Assembly (NCBI GenBank): GCA_965240325.2
Contig: OZ251222.1
Location: 4,774,001 to 4,838,000 of the forward strand
DNA: 64,000 nt
Source of the DNA: Rebecca billardiae RCC1528
Taxonomy: Eukaryota; Protista; Haptophyta
Direction of reading: 5' to 3'
The notes beneath the pieces are model-generated. The model was not told where the DNA came from and searched no databases. It saw only the letters and a program-made list of their open reading frames with translations. Below are positions 12,401 to 23,400 of this stretch, one piece after another. Each line of letters begins with the position of its first letter. The stretch's first letter is position 1. Both the position numbers and the translations under genes were made by a program.

Positions 12401-12879
12401 TCGACTGCTACCTCGAGCACGCGCACGGCGTGCTGCCCAAGCGCGGCTTCGCCAAGCAGGCGACCATCGACGCCATCGCGCCGATGTGGCACACGCGCTT
12501 CGCGCCGAGCACGCCGAGCGGGCACTCGCGCCTGCAGTCGCCGAAGGGCGCTTTGACGCGGCCCGCGACGATGCGCGCCAGCACGGCCAGCGGCGGCGGC
12601 ATCACGAACGAGATCCGCTGCGAGGTGAGCAGCACGGTCAGCAAGCTGATCCGCGAGCTGAGCTCGCGCTCGGCGCCGTGGTCGCAGGTGCGGCGCAGCC
12701 TCATCACCATCAAGGGCGAGCTGGCGAGCCTCAACGCCGTGTGCTGCACGGACGAGGAGCGGCTCACGGACGCGATGCGCTGCATCCAGGGGCTGCTCGA
12801 GCACGAGGACGAGCCGCCAGCATTCCGCACGCAGTGGCCCACGCTGCTCGGCGCCATCAACCGCGCGCTCGCCGTGTGA
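9414..12879 (+). CDS. Microbial rhodopsin–PAS–histidine kinase–receiver fusion (exons 9414-10282, 10422-12879)
   Basis: Eight hydrophobic segments. Helix C is RWCEW (9816-9830) and helix G is LDVTAKLLY, completed across intron 10283-10421. PAS end ILVIRDVTER, H-box FSRHEVKN, N-box NAISNAVKYG, G-box SAGDGGW. Receiver IDDS...GDENLD...SAND...LPK. Confidence 0.85.
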
Positions 12880-13377
12880 GTCGTCGTGCGGCAGCAGCGC
12901 TCGCGGCCGCTCCGCCTCCCCAGCACGCCGCCTACATCAGTCGTAAGCCGCATGATGCACCTACCCTGCCGCCCGCCCACAGTCCGTACACCGACACGTA
13001 TAACACTCCGACTGATGCTGGCGACGATGCATGATCGACGACGCGATGACGATACGGATATGCGCGCGCATGATCGATGCATGACTACGAATATGCATGA
13101 TCGATATGTCAGATGCTATACGACGATGACGTACTGCTGCTATACCGTTATAGCTACTCTGACTCTGTCGTGTATAACGTCATCGACATCGCATACGACG
13201 ACGCTACAGCAGCATCAACCTGCCTTACAGACCTGGCGAGTCTGCTACATCTGACTGCTGCTATTATTACGCGCGATACTATAGCCCCTCATCGCGTATA
13301 GCCTGCTTGCTTATTCAGCACCGTCATCATGTTATATCGTCATCAGTCTCAGCGGCAGTCATCGTCGCGTCGTATCG

Positions 13378-16300
13378 TCAGCCGCGGAAGAGGAATCTGA
13401 CGGCGTCGAGGCCCGCGCGCCACGCGCCGCCCACGCCGTCGCCCGCCGTCCCCGCCCACGTCTCGACGCGCAGCCCAAGCTCGATCGCGTGTGGCACGAA
13501 CTGCGCGAGCGCGAGCGCGAGCGGCTCGTGCAGCACAAACGTGGTGGTGAGCGCGCCCGCCCACGACGAGAGCATCGCCTCCGTCTTGGCGCGGCCGAAG
13601 AGGCGGCCGTACACGATCGAGAGCGCGCACGTGCACGCAAAGAGGAGCAGCATGGCCGCCCACGCGAGCGCGGAGCGCGCGGCGGGCGGCGGGCCCGCGC
13701 GGCGGCACCGGCGCACCGCGCTGCGCCGCCGCGCCTCCGCGAGCCGCCGGCGCGCGTACCACACCGTCAGCTCGACCTCGTCCAACCGGAGGTCGCCGTT
13801 CAGGTCGATCTCGCGCACGAGATTGCGCCGCTCGTGCTCGGCGAGCGGGTCGCCCAGCTCGGCCATCAGCACGCCGATGCCGGCGACGCCGATCGTGCCG
13901 TCGCCGTCCGTGTCGAAGCGGACGAACGCGTCGCGCAGCGCGAGCACCTCGCGCCTGGTCAGCCCGGCGCGCGCCGCCTCGGCCAGCGCGACGAGGGTGG
14001 CCGCGCGCCGCATGGACGGCTCTGACGCGCGCCGCTCGCGCGCCGCGGCCGCCGCCTGCTGCCAGTGCTCGAGCGCGGAGTGTGCGAGGGGCGCGGCGTC
14101 GCGCGAGGCTGCGGCGGGGGCGCGGGCGAGCGCCGCGTCGAGGGCCGGGCCCGTCATCGCCGGCTCCGCCACCTCCTCCTCCTCCTCCTCCGCAGCCGCC
14201 GCGTCCGCCGCCGCGGCTGGCGTCGGCGCGTGGTTGGTGTCGGCGCGCGGCGCATGCGGCGGCGCCTCAGAGCGCGGAGCGGTCGCGGCGCGGCCTGCCG
14301 CCTCCGCCGCCGGCGCGGGCGCTTGCGCCGGCGCGGCCGCCTGCGCCTGCGCCTCCGCGCCCTCGTCGTCGGCGTCGTCGGCATCCGCCAGCCTGGGCGA
14401 CGCGCGCAGCCTTGTGCCCGCGTGCGGCCAGGGGACCGAGGCTCCCGCAGGCGCCGCACCCGCCAACGAAGCACGTGGCGGCGCGCCCGGCGCGCCCGCG
14501 GGCGTGTGCGCCGGAGCGGGCGGCGGCGGCGCGCGCGGCGGCGAGGGCGGCGGCGAGGGGTCGGGCGGGTGCGTGCCGATGGGCCGGATCCGCGCGCCCG
14601 CGCCGCTGCCGAGCCCCACAGGTGCGGCGGGGCGGCGCGCGCCGCTTCGCGCGCCGCCGCTGCCGCCGCTGCCGACACTGCTGCCGCAGGAAGGCGGCCG
14701 GTCGGCGGCGGGCGCGGCCGTGCCCGCGTCCGCGGCGCGGTCAAAGGCGGCGGCGCGCGCTGCGAGCGTGCGCGAGCGCTCGAGCGAGAGCGCGCCCACC
14801 TCCATCCGCGAGAGCGAGCCCGCCGGCGCCGCAGCCTCCGCGCCCCCCTCCGCTTGCGCGCGCGCGTGCAGCCGCGCGGCCTCGCGCGGCCCGCCGCGCG
14901 CGTCCGCGCGCGCGCCGCTCTGCAGAGGCGCGACGATGCCGCGCCCGCTCGTCGGCACGTTGGGCACGTGCACGCGCGAGCCGGCGGAGGCGGGGCGCGC
15001 GAGGACCCACGCGGCCGGGGCGGCCTCGTCGCCCTCCGCCTCCGCCTCGCTCGGCAGCGGCGCGCGCGTGCCCACGAGCCGCCGTGCGGCGGGCGCGTGC
15101 GGCTGCGCGCGCAGCGGCGTCACGCTCGTGCCGCGCGGCGCGCCGCGCGGCGGCGGCGGCCCGGCGCGCCGCGCGCCCCCGCCGCGCGCCGCGCCCCTAC
15201 TCGCAAAGCGCGATCCGAGCATCAGCATGTCCGCCGCGCGCTCGCGCTCGGCCGCCGCCGACGAGCGCGCGCCGCGCTGCGTGCGGCCAGCCGCCGCGTC
15301 GGCGTCGGCGTCGGCGTGCTCGGCACCGACGGGCGTGCCCGGCTCCGAGCCCACGACCACGCCCTCGTACTCCTGCGCCGCGCCCAGCACCGCCGCGTAC
15401 CCGTACCCGCGTGCGCCGCGCCCGCCGCCCGTCCGAGCGCGCGCCCCAAAGTGCGCGCGCGCCGAGAGCCGCTGCACGGCCGCAAAGAGGCGGACGGCGG
15501 GCGTGGGGCGCTTCGGGTCGTCCGCGGCGCCGAAGCGCCAGAGCGCGCGGAAGAGCGCGAGGGCGGGGCCGGCGATCGCGCCGACGAGCAGCGCGTACAG
15601 CAGCACGGTCACCAGACCCACCGGAGCCGCTGCTTGGTCGTCCGGCCGCGCGCCCGCGCCGCCCTGCAGCGCGCCCTCGGAGAGCCGCGCGCCGCCGTCG
15701 GCGCCGTCGCGGTAGAGCATGCACTCGAGCGCGAGCTGGAGCGCGAGCGTGTTGAAGAGCGTCTGCACGAGCTCGGCGCGGCGCAGCGCGCGCTCGGGCG
15801 GGGTGAGCAGCAGCGCGAGCAGCGTGTGCGCGCGCACGATCGCGTCCGCCGCCCTGCGCGCGCCGCGCCGCAGCCGGCGCGCGCTCGAGCGCTCGGCGCG
15901 CGCCGCGAGGTGCAGCGTCGCGAGCCGGCGGCGCGCCTGGCGCTGCAGCACGACGGCCGCGACGTGCCTGCGCACCTCGGCGTCGCTGAGCCGCGCGGAG
16001 GGGCCGCGCATGCCGAAGCGCTCGAGGTGCTTCGCCGTCGTCGGCGTGGGCGGCGGCAGCGACACGGGCGTGCGCGCGCCGCTGCTGCGGCTACGAGCGC
16101 CGGGCGCGCGCCCGCCCCGCCGCGCGCCGCCGTCGGAGACGGCGAGGCCGCCGCCGTCCGCGCCCGCGCGCGCGTCGGCGTCGGCGGCTGAGGCGCGGTC
16201 GCTCGGCACGGAGACGAAGAGGGGCGGCGGCGGCGAGGGCGGCGGCGAGGGCGGCCCGGCCGCGCGCGGCGCGGCGCGATCGGCGGCCGCCGCGGCCGCG

Positions 16301-17405
16301 GCCGCCGCCTCGCGCGCGCGCCTCTTGCCGCGCACGACCTCGAGAGTGCTCGGGCCTGCGCCGCCGCACGCGCCGCCGGGGCGGACGACGACGATGCCGC
16401 CGGCGGCGGCGCCGGGCGTCGGGCCGCCGCCGCCGAAGCTGCAGCTCACGCGCTCGGCAGCGCCGCCGCGCGCGCCGCCGGCCGAGAGCGCCCCGCGCGG
16501 CGCGGACACGGAGCGCCGAGGGTCGGCGGCGGCGCGCGGCGGCGCGCGCTGCGCCGCGGCGGCCGAGGCGGCCGAGGGCGCGCGCCGCGCCGGGCTACGC
16601 CCGCGGCTGGCGCCGAGCGGCGAGCCGCCGCCAGCCGCGCCCCCGCCCGCGCGCCACACCGCCCCGCTCCCGCCCGAGCCCGCGCTCCGCCTCTGCACGC
16701 CCGCCCCGGCGTACGTGCGCAGCTCGTCCTCGTGCCACCGCGCGTACGTGCGGAGCGCGCGCGCGTCCGCCCAGAGGGCGAGGAGCAGGCACAGCGCGTT
16801 CGCGCCCGCGAGGAGGTAGACGAGGCGGTAGATCGCGGGGTTCTCGCGCCAGCCCTGCGCCGGCGTCGCGAGCACCGCGCGCGCGTCGTCCGCGCTGAAC
16901 GTGTTCACGCGCACGGCCTCCGCCTGCGCGCCCGCCTCGGCGTCGGAGGCGGGGAGCGCGACTGCCGCAAAGTCGGTGAGGTGCGTGCACGCGCAGTAGA
17001 GCAGCGAGGGCTCGGGGCCGGCCACCGCCTCGCAGCCGCTGGTGACCCACGCGCCGCCGCCCGCGGCCGAGGCGTCGTACCAGTGGCACGCGGCGCGGCG
17101 CGTGCACGCGCGGCCATTCCACGGCGGCGCGCACTCGCACACAGCGCCGCGCGCGCCGCCCTCCGGAGCGGGCGCGCACGCGCCGCGGCCGTGGCACCAG
17201 CCGAGCTGCGCGCAGTCGGCGCTGCCGTTGCCGGGCGCGCCCCAGCCCGCCGTCGGCGCGTCGGCCCGGAGCGGCAGCTGCAGCACGACAGGCGTGTGCA
17301 GCCCGCTGAGCGACAGCGCCGCGCCGCCCGCCGAGTAGAGCGTCACTGAGAGCACGGCCGAGGCGAGGGCGGCCACGCCGAGCGAGGACGTGTCCACGCG
17401 CTCGG

Positions 17406-17440
<35 letters not shown>

Positions 17441-20400
17441 TCCGCGCCGCCGTCGGCCCACGCGGAGGACGCGTTGGCGCTGGCGTGCACGTTGCGCCTC
17501 AGCGCGTACACGACAGCGTCCACGCCGCCGCCCAGCAGCGCCGCAGGCACGCCGTCGAGCGCGCTCGGCGGCAGCAGCGCGCCCGCCACCGCCGTGCCGT
17601 TGGCGCGCACCGCGGCCGCGCTCAGCCGCGCCGCGCTCACGTTGACGGCCGCGCCGACCGCCTCGGTCGGCGCCTCGCCCTGCACCGCGCCCGCGAGGAG
17701 CGCGCGCGCCAGCGCCGCGGTCGCCTTGCTCGCACTCGAGCCGAGCGCCGCCGCGGCCGCTGGCGCCAGCCCCGCCGCGTCCGGCGCGAGCGCGGCGTCG
17801 AGCGAGGCGAAGAGCGCCGCGGCCGTATGGCCGGCCACGCCCGTCTCCGCCGACGCGGCCGCGAGCTCGGCGAGCTGCCCGAGCGCGGAGGCCTGCGAGT
17901 CGGCGTCGAGGTCGCGCGCGGGCGCCGCGCGCAGCACGCTCTGCAGCACTGTCGCCGCCTGCGCGCGCGCGTCCGCCGTGCGCGGAGCGAGCCGCGCCGC
18001 GTGCGCTGAGACGGCGAGCAGCTCGCGCACGGCGCCGCGCGCGTCCACGCCCGCGGCCGCGCCGCCGGGCGCGCGCAGGCCGCCCGCGAGCGCGTCGGCG
18101 AGCTGCGCGGCCTCCGCGCCCGCGCCGCGCGCGAGCGCCTCCCTCGCGCGCGCCAGGCCCGCGCCAACCTCCGCCGCGCCCAGCCCGGCCGGCGGCGCGC
18201 GCGCCTCGCAGCGCGCGTACGCGGCAGCCGCGCCGCCGAGCGAGTCACGCACGGTCACGCGCACCGTGCGGTTGCCCGCGGGCAGCACGGCAAAGTCGAA
18301 GGGCGCGGCGCGCGGCGCGCCGAGCGGCGTGAACTCGAGCGCCTCGAGCGCCTCCCCGGCGGCCGCCGCGCCGCCGCCCGCCTCCGCCACCGCCTCCGCC
18401 TGCGCCTCAGCGTGCGCCTCCGCCTGCGCAAACGCGTAGCTGAGCGGCAGGTCCTCCGGGTCGTCGTCGGTCCAGCCGCCGCCCGCGGCCAGCGCGTACC
18501 GCGTGCGCAGCGCCTCGCCCGAGGGCGGCTCGACGCGGAGTGCGCCGCCGTACGGCGGCCGGTTCACGCGGACGAGCAGCTGCGCGAACGCGGCCGCCGC
18601 GCCGGCCGCCGCGCCTCCGTCCTTGGCGCCGCCCGCCGCTTGCGTGACGGTGAGGGACAAGGCGTACGTCGCGCCCGGCGTGAGCGCGCCAGACCTGAAG
18701 GCGAGCGCGCGGCCCGAGCGGCCGGTCGTGGTGACGGCGGACGTGTCCGCGAGGTCGAGCCCCGCGGGCGCGAGCTCGAGCGCGCCCTCCTCCTCCGCCC
18801 CCGCGCCCTCCTCCGCGCCGAGCACGAGCTGCGCCTCCCAGCGAAACTGCCAGCGCACCGCGCCCGCGGCCTCGGCCGCCTCCGCCGCCTCGTCCAGCGC
18901 CGAGCCGATCGCCAGCCGCTGCGTGGGCAGCGCGAACACGGGGTTGGCCTTGCGCGCGCTCGGCGGGAGCAGCGTGAGCGTGGGCACCGCGCGCCCCACC
19001 GTCTCCACCTCCACCGCCGCGCGCGCGGGCGCGAGGCCAGGCTTGGCCACGCGCACCGAGAATGTAAACGTGCCGGGCGGCAGTGCGCCCGCGCGCAGCG
19101 TCAGCACCGGCGCGCTCGCGTTGGCCCCGGCCGCGCCGAGGTCGAGCGGCGCGCCGTCCGCGCCGAGCGCGCGCGCCTCCCACGCGAACGTCAGGCCCGG
19201 CTGCGCGCCGCCGCCACCGCCCTCCTGGCCCGCGCCCTGCGGCGGCGGCGGCGCGTTGGGATCGACAGAGCCGCGCGCGTCAAGCTGCAGCGCGCTGCCC
19301 GCGCTCACGACGCGGCGGCTGCCGTCGCCGCCGCCGCCGAGGAGCGCCGCGCGCAACGGCTGGCGCTCGACGACGAGCACGACGCTCGCCTCGCCCGCCG
19401 CGCCCGGCTCGGCCTCCATCGCGCCGCGCACGCGCAGCTCATACGACACACCGGCAGCCATGCTGAACGGCGGCAGTGAGAGGGTCGGGCCGAGCGCGGC
19501 GCCGAGCGCGGCGCCGAGCGCGCCGCCCGCCGCGCTGAGCGGCGCGCCGGTGTCCGTCTCCCACGCGCGAACGAGCTCCCAGCCGAAGCGCACGCGCGCG
19601 CCCTCGGCGCCCTCGGGCCAGCACGCCGCCAGCGCCGCGCTCGCCTCGAGCGTCGTCTCCGCGTCCGCGCGCACGCGCCTCGTCGCTGGCCCTTCCACCG
19701 CCACCGCGGGCGCGGCCGCGTCCGAGCGGCGCACGCGCCAGCGCGCGCGCGCAGAGGCCGTGCCGAGGAACGAGCGCACCACGAGGGAGAAGTCGAGCGC
19801 GCCCGGCGGCAGCTGCGACAGCTCGAGCACGGCCGTGTGCGGCGGCAGCGCGCGCAGCGCCTCGTTGAGCGCGCGCGCACCGCCCGACGCGCCCGGCTCG
19901 ACACGCCACGTAAACTCGAGCGGCACGACGCCGCCGCCCGCCGAGGCCGAGCCGTCGAGGCGCAGCGTCTCGGCCGGGCAGCCCGAGAGCACGCTCGGCC
20001 CGGAGAGCGCGGCGACGGGCGTGGGGCAGCGCGCCTCGCGCCCGCACGGCGCGTCCGCGTGCACGGCCGCGCCGCCGCTCGCCCAGAGCGCGCCCGGCGC
20101 CGACTCGCACGGCGCCGGGTCGAGCGCGCACGCCGCCGGCCGCACCGCGCGCTCGCGCAGCGCGACGGCCGAGCCCGGCCGCGCGGCGGTGCCGGCGCCC
20201 AGCTGCGCGACGAGGGTGCGCTCGTCGCGCCAAAAGCACGCCGGCGGCTCCGTCGACGCGCCCTGCAGCACGGCGGCCACGCTTCGATCGTCGAGGAAGC
20301 GAGCGCACGGCAGCAGCTCAGCGCCGCGCGCGCCGCCGCGGTCGGTGGGCTGCGCGTCGAAGCGCAGCTCGAGCGTGCCCAGCGCCGCGCCAAACACGGC

Positions 20401-23400
20401 GGAGGCCACGCGCGGCGCGCGCACGCCCTCGTACTCGAAGAGCGCGCGCGGCGCGGCCGGAGGCGCGCCGTGCTCGGGCGCGAACTGCTGGCCGTTCAGC
20501 GACACTCGGACCGGCACCGCGCCCGCAGCGCCCGGCGGCGACGTCACGAGCACGGCCCCCGCGCTCGCGTGCGCGGGCGCGCCGTCCGCGAGCGCGTCGC
20601 CAAAGGCCACGCGCAGCAGGCCGCCCAGCCCGGCGGCGTGCAGTGCGCTCAGCCCCTCGCCGAGCACCGCCACCGACGTGCCGCCCGCCGCGGGGCCCGC
20701 CGCCGGCGAGACCGCCGTCACGTTGGGCTCGTCGTAATAGAAGAAGGGCGCGCCGGACGCGCTGGCGCTGCCGGCCGCGCCGCCGCCGAGCGAGAGCTCG
20801 AGCGCGGACGCGCCCGGCTGCGCGCGCGGCGGCGTGGCGCACTCCGCGCGCGACTCGCCGCCCGGCCCGGGCGGCAGCAGCCGCGCCGGCGCCGCGCAGC
20901 CGGGCGCGCCCGCGAGCACGCAGCACAGCAGCCCGGGCCCGTACTCGGCAAAGCCCGCGCCCACCACCGTCACGCGCGTGCCGCCGCGCACGGGGCCGGC
21001 GGGGGGCTCGAGCCGATGCACGGCGAGGGCCGAGGCGTTGTACAGCTCGAAGGTCGGAGGCCCGTCGAGCGCGGGCACAGCCAGCGCGCCGCCGCGCAGA
21101 CGCACGGCCACGGCGTACGCGCCTGCAGGGAGCGTGCGCGGGAGCGCGCACGCGAGCGCCTCGGCGGAGGCGAGCACGCCCGGCGTGACGGTGAGGGCGG
21201 GCGCGCCGCCGGGCGGGGGCGCTCCGAGCGCCGAGAGCACGCACTGCGCGCCGCCCTCGCGCGCGTCAAAGCCGAAGCCGTGCGCGGTGAGCGTGGGCGC
21301 GTGCGCGCCGCCCGCGGGCGCGCCGCGCGGCGAGACGGCGGCGAGGGAGGCCTGGATGGCAGGCGGCGGCGGCGAGGGCGGGGTGGGCGGCGGCGGCGGG
21401 CTCGGCGGCGGGCTCGGCGGCGGCGGCGGCGGCGGCGGCGGCGGGCTCGGCGGCGGGCTCGGCGGCGAGGGCGGCGGCAAGGGCTCCGTGCGAGGCGGCG
21501 GCGGTGGGGACGGCGGCGGGCTCGGCGGCGGCGGGCTCGGCGGCGGGCTCGGCGGCAGTGACGGCGGCGGGCTCGGCGGCGGCGAGGGCGGCGGGCTCGG
21601 CGGCGGCGAGGGCGGCGGCGAGGGCGGCGGCGAGGGCGGCGGCGGGCGCGGTGGCGGCGACGGCGGCGGGCTCGGCGGCGGGCTCGGCGGTGGCGACGGT
21701 GGCGGGCTGGGCGGCGGGCTGGGCGGCGGGCTCGGCGGCGGCGGGCTCGGCGGCGGGCTCGGCGGCGGCGAGGGCGGCGGCGAGGGCGGAGGGCTCGGCG
21801 GCGGCGAGGGGGGTGGCGAGGGCGGCGGGCTCGGCGGCGGGCTCGGCGGCGGCAAGGGCGGCGGGCTCGGCGGCGGTGATGGCGGTGGGCTCGGCGGTGG
21901 GCTTGGCGGTGGGCTCGGCGGCGGCGAGGGCGGCGGCGAGGGCGGCGGGCTCGGCGGTGGGCTCGGCGGCGGGCTTGGCGGCGGGGAGGGCGGCGGCGAG
22001 GGCGGCGGGCTCGGCGGTGGGCTTGGCGGCGGAGCCGGGGGCGGCGACGGCGGCGGCGACGGCGGAGGCAAGGGCGGCGGTGAGGGCGGTGGCGAGGGCG
22101 GGGGGCTCGGCGGTGGCGAGGGCGGCGGGCTCGGCGGTGGTGGGCTGGGCGGCGGCGAGGGCGGCGGGCTCGGCGGCGGCGAGGGCGGCGGCGAAGGCGG
22201 TGGGCTCGGAGGCGGGCGTGGCGGTGGTGACGGCGGTGGCGGGCTCGGCGGTGGCGACGGTGGTGGGCTCGGTGGTGGGCTCGGTGGTGGGCTCGGTGGT
22301 GGCGAGGGCGGCGGGCTCGGCGGCGGGCTCGGCGGCGGTGGGCTTGGTGGTGGGCTCGGCGGCGGGCTCGGCGGTGGCAAGGGCGGCGGGCTCGGCGGTG
22401 GGGATGGCGGCGGGCTCGGTGGCGGCGACGGCGGCGGCGGGCTCGGCGGAGGCGATGGTGGCGGGCTCGGCGGTGGGCCTGGCGGCGGCGATGGTGGCGG
22501 GCGTGGTGGCGGCGACGGCGGTGGGCTCGGTGGCGGGCTAGGCGGCGGGCTCGGCGGCGGCGAGGGCGGCGGGCTCGGTGGCGGGCTCGGAGGCGGGCTC
22601 GGAGGCGGGCTCGGCGGCGGCGAGGGTGGCGGCGACGGTGGCGGCAAGGGCGGAGGCGAGGGCGGTGGCGATGGTGGTGGCGGACTAGGTGGCGGGGATG
22701 GTGGAGGGCTTGGGGGCGGCGAGGGCGGCGGCGGGCTCGGCGGAGGCGATGGCGGCGGGCTGGGTGGTGGGCCTGGCGGCGGCGACGGTGGCGGGCTCGG
22801 CGGCGGCGAGGGGGGCGGCGAGGGCGGCGGCGATGGTGGCGGAGCAGGCGGCGGCGAGGGCGGTGGCGAGGGTGGTGGGCCCGGCGGCGGGCTTGGCGGC
22901 GGGCTCGGTGGCGGGCTCGGTGGCGGGCTCGGTGGCGGCGAGGGGGGCGGCGACGGAGGCGGCGGACTGGGAGGCGGGCTCGGCGGTGGTGACGGTGGAG
23001 GGCTTGGCGGTGGTGAGGGCGGCGGCGGGCTTGGCGGCGGCGACGGCGGCGGGCTCGGCGGCGGCGACGGCGGCGGCGACGGCGGCGGCGACGGTGGCGG
23101 GCTCGGCGGCGGTGATGGTGGCGGGCTCGGTGGCGGGCTCGGTGGCGGCGAGGGCGGCGGCGATGGTGGCGGCGGGCTCGGTGGCGGGCTCGGCGGTGGC
23201 GACGGTGGAGGGCTTGGCGGTGGTGAGGGCGGCGGCGGACTTGGCGGCGGGCTCGGTGGCGGGCTCGGCGGCGGCGACGGCGGCGGCGACGGTGGCGGCG
23301 GGCTCGGTGGCGGGCTCGGCGGTGGCGACGGTGGAGGGCTTGGCGGTGGTGAGGGCGGCGGCGGGCTCGGCGGCGGTGACGGTGGCGGGCTCGGCGGCGG

